64,000 bases of DNA from Squalus acanthias (Eukaryota), in the NCBI GenBank assembly GCA_030390025.1, contig CM059425.1, forward strand, positions 164,178,001 through 164,242,000, written 5' to 3'. Shown here piece after piece: positions 62,132-64,000 of the stretch (the first letter of the stretch is position 1; the number at the start of each line of letters is the position of its first letter). Made by a program: the position numbers and the translations under genes. The notes beneath the pieces were generated by a model, which was given only the letters and a program-made list of their open reading frames with translations, was not told the DNA's origin and made no database searches.

Positions 62132-64000
62132 TGTGGCGGATCGCCACCTAAACGGGCATGTTCCACTTTTCCGTCCGTGGACAAAATATCGGGCACCTTC
62201 CTTGCCTTTAAGGCAGGAGAAAAGGAGTGGGCGGGGCCTCAGGATTTTTCCAGAGAATTCTGGGAGCTTTTTGTATCAGCCTTTTTGGACCATGCAGTTG
62301 TATTAAAAAGCTTTTGTTTTCCACACATGGATTCAGTCTTAATTCGTGTTTCGCGGCAGCCTCAACATTGGTGACCCCGACGCTCAGAACGTATTCCGAG
62401 CACTGCAATGGCGGACACGAACGCAGTTTCCGTGAAACTGCTGGAGTTTTGGGAAAACCAGCCCGAAGCCTGGTTTCTCCAAGCTGAATCCTGCTTCCGG
62501 CTGCGAAACATCACCACAAATGGGACACAGTACGACTACCTCGTCACATCACTCAGTAGCGCCACAGTTTCGAAGGTTTGGACAGCGCTGCAGAACCCAC
62601 CAGAGGAAGGCAAGTTCGCACATCTTAAGGCAGCGCTCCTTAAAAAATTTATGGCCTCGGCATACCAGCGAAACTGCCACCTCCTCGACCTTCCAGGCCT
62701 CGGTGATGCCTCACCATCAGACCTCCTCTCCCACATGCGCTCCCTCACCGACGAGAGCCCACCCGGATCCCTCTTCCACACGCTGTTCATCCGCCAGCTC
62801 CCTCTCAGCATCCGCCCAGCGATCGTGGCGTCCGGCCTCACGAACCTGGAAGCCCTGGCCGATGAGGCCGACAAGCTGCTGTCCGCTCACTCCAGCCGCG
62901 ACGTCACTCCGGACCTGGCAGCCAATGCCTGGGCGCGCCCCTCACTGGCCACCACGCGGCCACAAGGACCAGCCACCAGGCCCACGGGGCCTTCGCGCCC
63001 CACTAACCCGGGCCACTGTTACTACCACGCACGGTTCGGCGCCAGGGTACAACGGTGCACAACTCCCTGCTCTTTCAAGTCCGCCCCCATACCAGCCCCC
63101 GCGATGGCCGTGGGTCACGCGGGCTCCCTGCTGTACGTCACGGATGACAAAACCGGCCGCCGGTTCCTGTGCGACACTGGAGCTCAGCACAGCATCATCC
63201 CGGCCTCCTCCCTCAACATCCAAAAGGGCGAACGAGGACCGGCGCTGGCTGCGGCTAACGGCTCAGAAATCCGGATGTACGGCACCCAGACAGTCACCCT
63301 CGACCTCGCTGGTCGCCGCTACCGATGGGAGTTCATCACTGCCAAGGTGCTCTCCCCTCTCATCGGCGCAGATTTCCTGTGCGCCCACAGCCTACTGGTA
63401 GACATCCCTCGTCACCGCCTCGTGGACATGAACACCATGTCCCCCATCCTGGGCGCCATGGCCCCCCGTCAACCCGCCGACATGGCGTCACAGTGCCACG
63501 CCCGGGCCATGGATGACTAGTCGGCACTCCTGGCCGAATTCCCGGCCCTTACCAATCTGACCTTCTCCGCGGAGGCCGCCAAACACGGGGTGGAACACTT
63601 CATCCCCACAACAGGCCCCCCAGTGTACGCCCACGCCCGCAGGCTGGACCCGGCCAAACTGGAGATCGTGCGGACCGAGTTTGCCACCATGGAACAGCTC
63701 GGCATCATCCGCCGCTCCAACAGTCCCTGGGACTCCCCACTCCACATCGCCCCCAAACCAGGCGGGGGTTGGCGCCCCTGCGGGGATTACCGCCGCCTCA
63801 ACGACGCCACCACCCCTGATCGGTACCCCGTGCCGCACATTCAGGACTTCTCGGCTAGACTGGCCGGCCGCTCAGTCTTTTCCAAGGTCGACCTGGTGCG
63901 CGGCTGCCACCAAGTCCCCGTCCACCCCGCGGACGTCCCCAAGACGGCCGTAATCACCCCCTTCAGCCTGTTCGAGTTCCTGCGGATGCCCTTCGGCCTC
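62132..64000 (+). mobile_element. Ty3/Gypsy LTR retrotransposon (CsRn1-like), 5' part
   Basis: LTR TGTGGCGG...CCTCAACA (62132-62367) with ATTAAA at 62302; PBS TGGTGACCCCGACG (62369-62382) complementary to the tRNA-Trp 3' end. Confidence 0.92.
62408..64000 (+). CDS. Gag-protease-RT polyprotein; in-frame TAG at 63518-63520; runs off the window
   Basis: Gag FWENQPEAWF, CYYHARFG..QRCTTPC knuckle, protease LCDTGAQ; after the stop, same frame: SPWDSPLH..WRPCGDYRRLN..FSKVDL..MPFGL. Confidence 0.9.

Overview
Eukaryotic, repeat-dense, apparently non-genic DNA. The repeat repertoire (DeuSINE-type tRNA SINEs, CR1 LINEs with esterase ORF1, Penelope-like elements) suggests a cartilaginous fish such as a shark; this is inference. 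I could not support any host protein-coding exon. The window is a layered transposon landscape: (i) four decayed two-gene PIF/Harbinger DNA transposons, each with an intron-containing Myb/SANT gene (+) facing a HARBI1-like DDE transposase (-), plus about 10 non-autonomous Harbinger-type elements with short imperfect GG-starting TIRs and 3-bp TSDs; (ii) many CR1 LINEs, one full-length with only two nonsense codons (39038-43622); (iii) a Penelope-like RT+GIY-YIG element and a 214-bp Penelope-derived hairpin, both carrying minimal hammerhead-ribozyme motifs; (iv) a solo LTR and the 5' part of a young CsRn1-type Gypsy element; (v) tRNA-derived SINEs. The most unusual object is an endonuclease+RT LINE (21553-26044) that starts with a tRNA-derived Pol III promoter and SINE-like core and has no TTTT terminator on its sense strand, a candidate Pol III-driven SINE-LINE hybrid.
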